Position numbers and translations under genes: made by a program
DNA from: Saccostrea cucullata
Taxonomy: Eukaryota
Length of the DNA stretch: 64,000 nt
Assembly: GCF_032062105.1 (NCBI RefSeq)
Contig: NW_026933907.1
Span: forward strand, 124,001-188,000
Direction of reading: 5' to 3'
Notes under the pieces: model-generated
Told to the model about the DNA's origin: nothing
Seen by the model: the letters and a program-made list of their open reading frames with translations, nothing else
Database searches by the model: none
Part shown: positions 13,201-25,798 of the stretch, piece after piece
How the letters are laid out: each line of letters begins with the position of its first letter
Position numbering within the stretch: position 1 is the stretch's first letter

Positions 13201-16200
13201 AGGTAACATTCATAGTGTCAATTCTCTCATACAGCATTTCAGTGGCTTGTGCTAACTACAAAGTTAAGCAAAATGACAGCATTCTCTCAGAATTCTTAAA
13301 ACAACTTCTTTTGCACATCTTGATACATGTACATACAAACCTGAAAATATCCTTCAAGGGTAGAGTATACCACAATATATTGAAATTCAGAAAATACATT
13401 TTTGTCAAGAAAGGATACAACTTGTGGCATGGAGCCTGGTTGTAGCTTACAAAGCTCTATCAGTAGAGAACCATAGAAAATTTCCAGGGAAGGGGGTACT
13501 GGGAGTCGAAACAGCTGAGAAAACATCACCTGAAATACAACAACAAACATACAGTAAAATATAACAATAATTCAATATAGCAAAAAATTGACTGTGATAT
13601 GTAACCTTATGAGTTCATTATATAATTTAAAACTGAAGGAAATGACAAGCATTTAAGGGGGCTGACTATATTTTATTGTGTGAAAACTACAATAGCGAAA
13701 CTCTTCGTTTTTATACCATATATAACTTACATTAACTTCAGTGTACATGCAAAGTTTGGGGGAAATCTACCATCAAGGTTTTACTACTGTAGATCACTTA
13801 ATTTTCGCGACACCTTATTTTCGCAAGATAGTCATTGACATTTTATAAGCGAGACAAAATTTTCACAAATTGTGGTCAGTACCTTATATAATCTTAAGGA
13901 AGTCTATTATACGCGAGAATGAAATTTTCGTGAGCATACCGTCTCGCGTATTTACGCGAAAATAAAGTTCTCGCGAATAAAAAGTGATTTACAGTATAGG
14001 ATTATATAGGAAAATGCCAATTTTTAGCACTTTAAAGCAAATTATACAAATACTACAATAGACATTTTGTTCAAACTATAATATTTGATGAGTAATACTA
14101 TATTATACAATATATGTAAGAAACACAAAATTCTACCATCTTGTTACCAGAGGGGGCATCTCAAAATGCAAAAAATTAGCAAATATTACTATTTTTACTA
14201 GAGTATTACAAAATTTGACGTACACAATGGATTCACTTGAAAACATAATAAAATAATTGGAGATATTCTCAAATTTCTATGTTTTAAATTTCAAGAGCGT
14301 ATGTTTATTACTTTTTATTTAATAATATTTTTATTACCCCTTTCTTTAAGAGCTACAGATATCATAACGTCAAAAACACACTGCAACGTCAACCTACCTA
14401 TCAATTGCAAAATCGCTATAAAAATTAATTTTATCAAATTGTAATTACATTTTTATGCCTATAATTTCTTAATTTTGTTTAATTTTAATAATTAAGCGAA
14501 AAAAGTTGCATTAAAACAGTAAATACGGTTTATTTTACTATGATGCGCGAAATATTGCGCAATGGAAACTATAGTCGGCCCCCTTAAGCATGAATTCACC
14601 ATAAATACAGTATGTTTAATGTAACAATGTTTTACAAAAATTGATACAAAGATTACGAAAAAAAAAATTGATACTGTCATAGCATTCATGAAAAAACTGT
14701 ATATTTAACAAATCACTTCTGATTTATTTCTCATGTTTTTAAAAACAAAATATTACCAACCGTGTGTTCCTAACATATTGTTTGACCTTTCCACAACAAA
14801 ACATTCCTCATAATTGTTGTTTACCTCCACTATCGGACATGTAGCCATTTTGGTTTCAAAGCGGGTATCTCAGATGTTTTTGGAGAGAGTAATTTTTTAA
14901 AATCTTCCATTTTTTGCAATTGAGGTAAGAATTTGGAAAAAATGCTGCAGCACTGGAAGAAGAACTAATGCTCTCCGGTCTATCAATATAGCTCAGGGTA
15001 CATAATAACAGATCTGTACTAACATACTGTCATAGCATTCATGAGAAACAAATCACTTCTGCTTTCATGAAAAACGAATAGAATGAGCCTGAAAATAAAC
15101 ACGAGTCTTACCTCCACTATCATGTAATTGAGCGGGATCTTGTTTTTGGAGGGAAAGCTTAGTAATGCTGCAGCACTGGAAGAAGAAACAATGGTACTAG
15201 AATGGAATATAAATAGAGACTTGTAGAAGAAGAAGAAGAAGAGAACTTATAGAATAGATCTAATACATGTATAAACAGATTAGTTTTTCATCTGTGGAGA
15301 ATTACATCTTTTAAACCACCAAATTGATAACATTTATTATGATTTATATACATGTATATATACAGTAATTAACATTGAGATAACTTTTACCAGTCTTTGC
15401 GCTCTGCGTAATATGTGCTGATTATTCTGTCAATCTGTTCTTCTATCAGGTACCTCTCAATGGAGTGACTACCAGGTAATACAGGGCCCTGTATAGACAA
15501 CATTCTACTCTTAACAAACCGGATCTGTTATCCATTTAAGAAGAAAGAACTTGCCAATTATTCATCAAATGTACAACATATAAAGAAAGAATCACTGGAT
15601 TTTACTTTAATTCATTTTCAATATATCAGAAATTCTATTAATATTCCAAGTGTAAAGATAAGTGTTGTCAACAAGTATCCGGAAACTGATTAACTGTCAA
15701 GAATCGGCTAGTAAAACTGCTATTCGGTTCCTAAGATAAAAATACATCTTGTATAGCTCATTTAAATGACTAAAAAAAATAAATGTTATATTATTTATAA
15801 GGTATGCATACACATTTTCCTAATTTTCTTTACCGTTAGACCAGTGTTTGAAGTAACAGCGCACCAGACTGCCCGAGACACACGCCATTTTTTGTCACAG
15901 GCAAACAGTTTTGCACGTATTGACGCGTGTAAAATTTTTCCAATATTAAAATTCTGACATTTTGATATAACTCTCTAAAATCAACTAATATTATTGGTTG
16001 CAGTGTAACAAGCAAACGGGTAGAATTCATCAGCCTAGAGGCCGGGATCAAATATATGGTGAGCTGAACCCATTCATATTATTGCTAAAACAAACTTATA
16101 AAAGATAATTATTTTTTCCGGGCTAGTACATTTTTGGCAGAGCTGACAACTTTCACTAGCAGTCAGCCCTGCATGTCTACCTAATTTTTCAGTGAGTTTC

Positions 16201-19200
16201 AAACACTGTGTTAGACTTGATCTAGTGGTCACAAATAGGATCGATTTGTTTTTATTAGTTTTCACTGTTAATTGATAGCTTTGATTGCCAAGGGGGTATA
16301 CAAGTTTTGAAGACCAGAGTTATAATTGCATCATTTAGTAATTAATAATAATAAACTGCCAAATTATTATTTACCTTTACATTACCGACAGCAGGAAATT
16401 AACTCGCAGAGTTAATATTTGCTTTATTCGTGGGAAAAGAAATTCCTAGCAGTTAACCTTTTGACTATGGTGCAGACAAATTTTTCTGATTTGGACTCAG
16501 AAATTGCTTAATATTATTTTGACTTCAAATCGGGATCAATCTGGTGTTTTGTTATTATTTAAATGAACCCAAAGTCAAAACAATGAATGCTTGAAGCAAT
16601 GATAAAAATATAAATATATATTATTTTTCCTTTTCGCGAATTCAAACAACCGCAATTTGCTGAAAATTGAAGAAATTGCGATCTTTTCTGACCATGATTT
16701 TAACCTTTTAACTTTGTAGTGCGTGCATGCGTGGGTGTCTATGAATAAAGTTCATATACATTATTTTTGTACTTTACTACTTCCAATGAGTAAAGGATAA
16801 ATTATAGTTATGGAAACTATAACAATAAATCATCCAAGTAACCGGGTACGCGATCGGAAGATTAAGCAAGTAACCAGTTACTAAAAATCGTTCGATTTGA
16901 CAACACTAGTAGAGATGATGGTTCTATCTGTAGCTCTTCATGACTATTTACCTCAGGTACATCTGTGTAGTCAAACATCCTGAAGATGACCTTGGGGAGG
17001 GGATATGTGCTCTCCTCATTGTGTGAGGGAGGGATGATCTGGGGTAGGGTGTGTTGTAGAGCCTCACAGAGCACTCCATCAAAGGCCAAATAAGGCCTCA
17101 TGATCTGCTTCTCCGACCACTTGTTGGACTTCATATTCTTAATCTGGGCCCAGAGGCAGTCTAGGTACTTTATGAAAAATACCCATAAAAGTTTATTTTA
17201 TACATTATTCATTATGAATACATAGAACATAATAAAAAAAATTCTTTTAAGTCATATAATTTTCGATTGAAATGTAATATAGCTTCCATAAACAAGTACT
17301 GTAAACCAACTTTTATTCACCTGTGAGAATTTTTCGCGAACCATTCCTTAAAGTCCCTGATGTGTGTCTATTTATAACAACAGATCCAAAAAGCCTTGAT
17401 CGCGAAATTAATCATCCCGAAATACACTGTACTGTAGTTTACCCCCCAGTAAATCATGAAATGAAGTTGTCTGGAATAAAAGTTTATTTACAGTTTCTAT
17501 CAAGGATCAGACACTTTATTTTACCTCTTCTTGAGGATGGGGAAAATCAGACACCCACACTCTCAAGGCTGGGACATGGATTTTCTGTCTCTTGCTAAAA
17601 TAAAAAAAAAATCATAAACATTCAAACAAACATTTATAACCTAAGAGAGACAATGAAAGGACTTAAACCAAAATTTTTTTGAAACTTATTTTCATTATAA
17701 GCTTTTCATTATACATGTATTTAACACCTGATATTAGTTTTTTGTTGTTTTTTTTAAACAGTAAAATTGATTGTCAAAATAAGTCTTCTTAAAATTTCAG
17801 ATTCTTTTCTTGTCACTGTAATATTACTTATAAAATAAATCCATCTCTAGCATTCCCCCCCCCCAATTTTCCAGTTTTTCTCTTTTACAGAATGCAAAAA
17901 AAGTTTTAATACACTCATTTAAACATACAACAAGCTTCTTGTTTGTTCATCATTTAAAAGGAAATGATATGTATTGACATGTAAAGAAAACATTTACAGT
18001 GTATTGAAATTATAGATTGGAGCTACTAACCTAATATAATTGTCAATAGTTGATAAAAGTTTGTTAAATTCTGTCTCCTTCTTTTCATGTAATTCTCTCG
18101 CAACCTGCAATAAGAAAATGAGCATTGAAAAGTGATCTTTTTGAAACTTTTTGATACTGTAAACATATTTTATTTGGCTGTGTATTCCTTTTAACACCAT
18201 TTGTGATATGAAACTTCCGTTAATTCAGAACAATGCTAAATGTCTTGCACATACATGTACAGTATATTCATAACTAAAAACATTAAGAAATGTGCTAATT
18301 AAATCAAATCTATGCTAACTTGCTCAAAAGTCAATTTCTGCCAAATGTCATACACACTAAATATAATAAATTTACAGTATTTATTTTGTTTTAAGCCTAA
18401 GACAGCTGTGTATGTCCTTAGAGAATCAGTGAATAACAATTTTATTTGATGAATAAAATGATAAAATTCACATACTATATTTCTGAAAAATGTAATCATT
18501 AAATATATCATTTCTATTTTTTGATAATTTTATCAAAATATTATTTTAATTTTATGAGTCATGAAATCAATCAAATAATATAATAATTAAAAACAATCTA
18601 ATGTAGGTATAATTTTACTTACCCATGGGAGAGCAGACAGCACTACATAAACATACCAGTCGGAGCGCACCTAAACATAGTATAAGAAAACCTTTATTTT
18701 TCTATGTAATCTAAATAATTTACTCATTTGCAGTCTCCATTACCAGTACAGCTGTATATGTATTTCAAAACTATTTTTAAACTGAATTTTTCTAATTTCA
18801 TGTTTGAAATTCATTCCAGTACATGTATAATAAAGATTTTGTTCTAGTACAACAAATGTTTCTCTTTTAATTATGTGCCTAGGTCAAGGTAATAAAGTGA
18901 TGGTGCATAAAACATCTTGATATGGTTCCACATGGAGGGGTCAACAAATTAACCATCATATATTATTCAATTTTTTAAAATATATCTTTAACTATCAACC
19001 GTCACTTGGCAAGGAAAAATTCCATAAATTTTAGTTTTAAAATTTCATCCCTTTTGTACATCTTTATATGGAGCTCTTTTTCTAAAGGAAATCAATAATT
19101 TTATAATCTTTAAATGGCCACAACCACCCAGCCCTCCTAAACCCAAAACCAAGGTCATTGCACATCACTGTTATCAGAAATTTTGCTGCCAGCATGACTT

Positions 19201-22200
19201 TCCATGTTTTTTTTGTACAAGAGACCTTGATCTCATAAAAAAATCTGTAAGTCTAGGTCAAATCATACTCTTCAAACCATAAGCAATATTGCCTCATGAA
19301 CGATTGTCAAATTTTTCTTTGTTACATGCATAAAGTAAGGGTCCAGACCAGTGACCTTGAACTTTCACAAATACCACTTGATTACAATTGAGATGTAGCC
19401 CACATGATCATACAAACTCTGAGTCTGGTATGAATTAAGAACCTGTACCTCCATAAAAGTATAGCTTAAGTAAGGACAGAGAGATGCATACAATGTATTC
19501 CTTTCAGGAAATAAAAATCAAGAAAGTGAATGATGGAAATTTAATCTCTGAGAGAACACTACTTTTTACCTGTGGAATGTTGTCCTCAAGCGTCACTTCA
19601 ATAAAATTGTCAAATAAAGCTAACAGTGAACCAGCCACGATCACATGACAATTGACACAGTCGGCAAGGAAACGAACCTGGAAGTGAAGGAGAGTACACT
19701 GATCAACTACATAAGTTAAATCCTCAGTGGGACTGACAGGGGTATTATATATACCACAAATATGGTGCATTCCTTATATGTGTAATGATATTTAAAAGTC
19801 ATATATTTGTGTCACAGGTGGTGAAAAATCAAGTCTCAAAGGGACTCAAACCCAGGTCCTCTGGCGTACCCAGCCATCACTCTAACCATTGAACTATTGA
19901 GACCCGATATATTGACTGACTCTCACGCACCTGTGAACCTGGTGACATATTCCCTTCTTCATAGAAATTCATCCTTAAATTCTATGATTTGAGGAAATGC
20001 CTGAAGCATGTTCCAAGGGAACAGTGGGTTATGTATGTATTATAAATGTCACAAGTGGCGAAAAATCAAGAATTAAATGGGACTCGAACCCGGGGCCTCT
20101 GGCATATGTGCCAACGCTCTAACTGAGCTATTGAGACCTGATATATTGACTTTCACACACCTCTGTACCCGGTGACATTTACTTACTTGTAACTTGGCAT
20201 TCTCATACTCCCCAGTCTTCAGGGCTTCCTTTAGATTTCTAACGAGCATTTCAACAAACTGAAGAAAAAATAAAGATACATGTATACATTTGAATTTGAC
20301 AATTAAAGAGGGAATGAAACATTTATGAAAATATATTCTTTTGAAATTATTTACAAGAGGCATTGTTTCCATGAATGTGTTGATGTTAGAATGGCAACAA
20401 AAGGTCCTTTACATGTATGTATTTGTACTAAGGTGATCTAGAACAAGTAGTATACCCTACCTCTCCCCCACAGTTGTAGTTCTTAGCATTCAAGAGACCA
20501 ATCAAGGTAGTGTACACAGCCATTTTCTCTGGGAGTTTAACAACACTAAAAATAAATTAGGAAAAAAGTTTGAGATTAACACAGTGTTTAACCTTAATGG
20601 AATGCTATATTGTATGTAAAAAAAAAATTACACATATACCTAAGCCCCCCTCCCCCTAACAATGGGGAGGGTTACAGTATTGATGCTGTACTCACCAGGA
20701 ACACAGGATTCTCATTATTTTGGTTTTGTAATTCCCCAGATCTGCCTCCAGTACACTGGCAAGTCCTTCCAAGTTACTTTCCAAGGAGGATGTGCTCTTA
20801 ACAAAAGTCACAAAACTTGTTATATTGATTTCCAAAATACTTCATATATCAATATGTGGGAGACAGTTTCAATTGTAATTGAATCATTAGGACTTTGATG
20901 ATGTAGAAAACAACAGATTGTGTACAAGGTAAACATCTCCCCTGTACAGAACGAGAGGGTTGGCAGACATGAAATATTTTTTTGCTGTTGTACACATTAT
21001 ATAGATATTTACCTTTTCTCCAACTCTGGTAATGAGGGATTCCAGTCTTTCCTCAATGTCAATATTTTCCGAACCTCGTCTACGCTTTCTTGCAGAATGT
21101 CCAACTAATTAAAAGTAAATGTTATTTTTACTTATAGACTAACCTATACTGAAGACTTGATCAGTACAATATTAACTTTCGAGAAAATGATTTTCTTAGT
21201 GAATCAATGGTTTACCAATAAGGTTTTAAAATGGAAAGCAACTATTGACTGTCAGACACCATAAAGTGGACATGATTATTTATGTCTCTGTATGAGTGTC
21301 ATTAAAAATACGTAGACAATGTTCCTCATCGTCATATTATTATTAAAAGATTACAGATCAACACATTTTCGTAAATAAAAACATTTATTTTGTCAAAGTG
21401 TGAAGTTTCATTCCATTTGATTAAATAGAACTCATGTTGGCCAATTTTTAAATCAACATCTTTTGTTACAATGGAGTGCGGTTAACTAACATTGTAACAT
21501 CAAAAGCAACCTCAAGAAAGTTTCTCAAAATTACAGTTTTATTTACTCTGCTTTTTATTTTTTAATTTCATACACAGTTTTTAGCATCTTCTCCATTCAT
21601 AAAAACATATCCATAACACTTAACACTCAAGTTTGCTCACAATTGTGCAAATAGCTTGAACTAGATTGTCAGTGTTTTCAAATTCTCTACTGCGTAACTC
21701 TATTAGTTCCAAAACTGTGAAGCGCACATCACATTTAATGACATTTTCACGTTCCTTACTCTTTCGACAAGATATTGTACTATATTCTGTTTCTTTGCAG
21801 ACCATCTATTGTCTGATTCAAACTCGCTACCACTCAAAAATTTTATTTTCCATTTTGTACAAAAACATGGCTCATTTTTCACACACTTCCTGGTTTTTAG
21901 AGAATTTTAATAGTTTGTTAAAGTTTTCCGAATGCAAAGCGAAATTTTATTGCTACTCGCTGCTCCGTAACGTCCTCCAACTTCATGGTTTTAGCATTTT
22001 TAATCAAGTTCATATGTATTTAGAAACATATCTTTTTACCGTATAAGATATACTGTATAAGCAGAATATTTAGCGAGGTTTTAATTTTGGCATTATTAGC
22101 AAGAGTTCTGAGATCGCTAAAATTATATATTGCTAAAAATAACCTATGTTTAATTTGTATTAGCTTCATTAGTGAGCATTTTAAAATCGCTTAAATTACT

Positions 22201-24179
22201 CATCGCTAAAAATAAAATATCATGTTTTAAGGACAAATCGCTAAATCTGCTTCTCGCTAAAATTTCTACTTATACGGTATTACATTACCTGATAGCATCT
22301 TAAGTAATACATTGTACTGCAAGACTTAATTTAAACAAGTAAATTTTATTTTGTTTCAGCTCCATTTATTAGAGGTATGGCAGCATTGGCTATAGATATT
22401 ATAAAGTGAAAATTAGAAAATTACTCAATTTTGACGTTGCTCCTTTGAAAATTTCTATAAATATGAAGATATATTCCAATTTTTTTACTCAAATTATTCG
22501 AATTTGTTGTTAAAATATGTGTACCAAATTTGGAAATAATATGACGTCAAATAAACAAGTTAGACAACAAAAGTCTACGAATTTTTTGAATGACCCTTAT
22601 TATACACACAAAAACAAAACTGTAATAATTTACAATTTACTTTGTTTCATAGTTCCTTCGTGAAAGAAACCATTTTAGAATTCATATTTTAAGAATATTC
22701 TAACTAGAATACAAGGTTTTCCCTGAGAATAAAAATAGATAAGACAATTAATAAGAAGAAAGCAGGTGATGACAAATCCCACTGCCCGATGATCGGGGCT
22801 AGTGAATTTTAGGGGTGGGCAAGTGAAATACTATCCAACTTGCTCGTGGGCAAGTGACTTATCAAAATTATTAAAATTTATTTGTAAACCACAGATTTAA
22901 AGATGGGCATAGGGGCTTGCATGATATACTCAGTATTTGTCTTCCTCTTTTTTTTGAAATATTTATAAAAACATTATTAGTTTATGGTGGGGCAAGCAAA
23001 AATTCAGATAGGACCATGTACTTGCCCTTGGACAAGTGCCTTAAAAATCTATTTGTCAGTCCCTAGAAAGGAATCTGGCATTCCTCCCCTAGTCATGCTA
23101 ATGGGAAGTTTAAGAGGAATGCTGGTATTTTTTCATATAGACGGCTGGTATTTTTTCATATAGACAGGGGAACACCCTGGCCCCTGGGTATGAGGGACAA
23201 CCCTGATAAATAAATCCTTTGCTTTAGATTGTGTTGAATTATTACCAATAAATCATCTTGCTGACCAGAATTGACCTCTTGTATAATTTAACCCAAGAAA
23301 TGAATTGCTTTATTTAATTCCAAAAATTTCAATTTCATAGGTCGTTTTGGGGGATTTTGACTCTGATTACCGATATACATAAATATTTCAATTTCTATTT
23401 GTTTTCTCTTTGATAACTCTAATAGGTCAGGGGCTAAGGAGGCCTTATATGTATGTAAATTAAATCTCATGCCTGTTTGTCTTTGTGTCTGATGCTAAGG
23501 AGGCCAAATATGCATGTAAATCTTGTGTGGCTGTCTCTGTGTTTGACGTCAGTGGGTGAGAATTGTTGAAATTGACATGGGAGGCCTCGTGACATTTAAA
23601 TCTATAAGGCTACATTTTAAAAATCTAAATCTACAATTTTATTTCACAATGAAATGGAAATATATTATAAGGAATCACTGTTTAGTTAGCCTAGTATGCC
23701 AGGGACATCGGTGAAAGTGGGAAATGTGGGGAATTTATGCATAACAGACAAAGTTGATGTGGGGATAAATTATCCAATGTTTCCCACCATCGTTGATGTC
23801 CTGGCATACTATACTAACAAGGCAGTGATTCCTTAAATTTTGAATACTATTTTGAATAGTATACGTATTATATATTATGCATTACAGATATTCAAGATTA
23901 TTTCAAAATACAGTTTGCCAATACATATTAAAGAACCAACTATATAAAATATTTTTAATGTAAATTAATAAAAGTAAGTTTTACACGATTTTAAGAAATG
24001 AATATTTGTCAAAATAGTTTTTTTCCAGGTCAGAATTTCCTCGTTGAAATTTTTTAGTTTCGATTTTAATTTCCTCAAAGAATGCTAAAATTGCTTTTGA
24101 ATTAACATATTATTAGACAATATAATGAAGACTTATTACCATCCTCTTCGTCACTTGAATCTCTTCGACGACGAGACAT
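8891..24179 (-). CDS. NCBP1: Nuclear cap-binding protein subunit 1 (CBP80), 23 exons: 24140-24179, 21013-21104, 20696-20796, 20461-20545, 20187-20258, 19570-19677, 18623-18670, 18031-18104, 17525-17594, 16952-17167, 15391-15488, 15112-15175, 13419-13529, 13191-13255, 12887-13024, 11851-12074, 11328-11427, 11085-11178, 10726-10829, 10318-10432, 10133-10206 (damaged), 9519-9632, 8891-9004
   Basis: Spliced translation [13 protein letters not shown]...[10 protein letters not shown]|[13 protein letters not shown]...|YLDCLWAQI...RMFDYTD...|...[16 protein letters not shown]|LAQATEML...|...[11 protein letters not shown]...|...[10 protein letters not shown] follows CBP80 throughout. All junction phases are consistent except exon 21. 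Confidence 0.96.
9858..10140 (-). repeat. Minisatellite (about 6 units of 41-53 bp) derived from the NCBP1 exon 21 / intron 21 junction
   Basis: Minus-strand unit AAAACGACTCTTTCTGAYCATCTTCCA...GCCCCTTC encodes KRLFL(I/T/S)IF(Q/H/Y), the expected end of exon 21, followed by intron-start sequence. Confidence 0.85.
10214..10242. repeat. (GA)n microsatellite forming the polypyrimidine tract of NCBP1 exon 21
   Basis: About 14 AG units; reads (CT)n on the gene strand just upstream of the TTTCAG acceptor. Confidence 0.9.
12140..12870 (+). mobile_element. Non-autonomous Helentron-type element (HINE, CvA/pearl-like) with ~166-bp satellite-like monomers, in NCBP1 intron 15
   Basis: Starts AACAAGAGGCCCATGGGC...CTCACCTGAG. 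Tandem monomers (GGGTCATGATTTGAACAAA at ~12376 and ~12542), then a GACG/GACA microsatellite and a terminal AGCTCAC...GTGAGCT palindrome plus A-run. Confidence 0.85.
13256..13418 (-). other. U12-type (minor spliceosome) GT-AG intron, NCBP1 intron 13
   Basis: 5' splice site GTATCCTTT. Branch-like TTTGCTTAAC 7 nt before the end of the intron (TTTGTAG), with no long pyrimidine tract. Flanking exons join in frame (MPQV|LAQATE). Confidence 0.9.
13657..14583. mobile_element. Non-autonomous Kolobok-like DNA transposon in NCBP1 intron 12
   Basis: TTAA on both sides (13653-13656, 14584-14587); inverted ends GGGGGCTGACTATA / TATAGTCGGCCCCC. Confidence 0.75.
13787..13994. mobile_element. TA-flanked MITE (Tc1/mariner-type) nested in the Kolobok-like element
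   Basis: TA-CTGTAGATCACTT ... AAGTGATTTACAG-TA, with internal TTCGCGA repeats. Confidence 0.8.
14671..14965 (-). repeat. Insertion-rich second copy of NCBP1 exon 12 and its flanks
   Basis: Collinear blocks shared with 15024-15187 (ATACTGTCATAGCATTCATGA, ACAAATCACTTCTG, TTACCTCCACTAT, TGTTTTTGGAG, AATGCTGCAGCACTGGAAGAAGAA), separated by extra sequence. Confidence 0.85.
16388..16716. mobile_element. Internally deleted MITE, same family as 27666-28872
   Basis: Shares GCAGGAAATTAACT...GAGTTAATATT, GATTTGGACTC, TTTTGACTTCAAAT and CGCGAATTCAAAC...TGAAAATTGAA blocks with the longer copy. Confidence 0.7.
17299..17493. mobile_element. TA-type MITE
   Basis: Inverted ends CTGTAAACCAACTTTTATTC / GAATAAAAGTTTATTTACAG. 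Confidence 0.7.
19810..20179 (-). repeat. Two tandem tRNA-derived (SINE-head-like) units in NCBP1 intron 5
   Basis: Units at ~19810-19950 and ~20047-20179. Minus strand shows A-box TAGCTCAGTTAGA and B-box GGTTCGAGTCC; each unit is bounded by TGTCAC...GTGACA. Confidence 0.65.
22053..22277. mobile_element. TA-flanked MITE
   Basis: TA-CTGTATAAGCAGAATATTTAGCGAG ... CTCGCTAAAATTTCTACTTATACGG-TA; internal CGCTAAA repeats. Confidence 0.8.
22763..23064. mobile_element. Possible hAT-like MITE
   Basis: Imperfect inverted ends CAGGTGATGACAAAT / ATTTGTCAGTCCCT; repeated internal GGGCAAGTG. Confidence 0.45.
23668..23835. repeat. ~170-bp foldback (imperfect palindrome) in NCBP1 intron 1
   Basis: TAAGGAATCACTG...TAGTATGCCAGGGACATC...GTGGGAAA pairs with TTTCCCAC...GATGTCCTGGCATACTA...CAGTGATTCCTTA. 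Confidence 0.8.
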
Positions 24180-24865
24180 TTTCTAAAATAAATAATTGGT
24201 AAAGAATAATCCCCGGCAAGTCGAACAACGCTTTCACCAGTTTAGATGATTTGGTATTTTCGAGACGTCGAGCCCGATCAATAAAAAAAAACCGGTGCGT
24301 TTGAGTTTACTCTTGATAAAATTATCCTCTGTCATTTAAGAATTTCATTTAAACAAAACACTTGTTTTCAATAAATTTCCACTAATTTTAGGTGTTAGAA
24401 AGCCTTTTAGCTATTTAAATGGGACATTGACTTGTCAGTCCCATGACATCACACATGTATATATACAGCGTTCTTTTACCCACTCATGTAACTTATGATT
24501 GATTAAAACAATGTCACAAAAATACACAGGTTTTAAACCATTTAGCTTGATCATTGTACTCATACTGCTCTGAATATCTGCACAAAAGACTAAAAGATCA
24601 AATGTTTTGAAGGATTTCTTTAATTATAAAGCTAGAGTAGAGTGTTTGGGAAACATTTCTTTTACTTCAGAAGACTGTCAGTCGTCTTCTCTCATTGGCT
24701 GCATCCGAAGAACAACAACAGACGACCGCGGAGTCTCAGTATATATACCCAATGAAAGTCATGTGATGTCAACAATGACTAATTGAGAACTTCTCTTGGT
24801 CGTACCTTAAAATTCCAAAATCATTACACTACTCGGTTTGGGTACGAGTTGACTGTCAACCATTT

Positions 24866-25525
24866 CGTGGCCGTACAACGGTGGTAATCAGTGGTAATCC
24901 GTGGTGTGAGTGATGCCCCAACATTAGTCCACATCGGTCTAGTAGTCTTTAAAGTATCATTCACATTATCTAGCGATGTATACGATTGGTGCAACCATAT
25001 ATTTTTTGATAAAAATGGCGTGGTTGCCGGCCGGACTTACAAAGGCCCAGCGATGCATTGCTAATCATAAAACGATGTTTCAGGGTAATCGGCCGATGTA
25101 TATTATATCGCTCATACATTGGTGAACATCGTCCGTACGTCGATTGACTATGGGCCAATGTTTGGTCGAACATCAACTAATGATCGGCCTATGTCTGTTG
25201 CCCACCACTCAACCCCCCCCCCCCCCCCAACCTCAGATTCAACGGACACTTGACGATGCTCGGCCATACATCCGCCAATCCTTGAAAGATGTGTTAATGA
25301 TGGGTTGCCGATGAGGAGCGATTTGGGGCATCGGTAGAGATCGATATCGCTGATTTTTAACTATAACTTATTTTCTACCGATGACCCCACCGATTCGGCA
25401 AATAGCCTCAGTCACCTTCCGATTACTATAGGTGTCCGGCCGGCAACCACGCCATTTTTATATGAAAAAAAATGCATTTTTTTCTCATCGTATACCCCAT
25501 CGCTGAATAATGTGACTGATACTTT
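24866..25525. mobile_element. PIF/Harbinger-like non-autonomous element fragment (family also at 32289-34330)
   Basis: Shares CGGTGGTAATCCGTGGTGTGAG.GATGCCCCAACAT, AAAATGGCGTGGTTG and CCTCAGTCACC blocks with 32289-33950. Confidence 0.6.
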
Positions 25526-25798
25526 AATGGGAAGCAAATTATGCTCATGGAATACTTGCTTTCTGTGTCTTTTCCAATCAAAATCTGACCAAAATCTAAT
25601 ATAATTTTATGCAGACTTACCTACACAAGTCTATGCAGTAGTTACCAATCTCTTCATATCTTTCAGAGCAGTGTAGAAAAAAAATTTTAAAAAGTAAACG
25701 CAAAACGAGATTTTATTAATCAATTTATTCAACGACCACAAAGAGGAAGAACTTGTATGATTTCAAATTATTCATTGCCATTAACGTTGTAGATTTTT

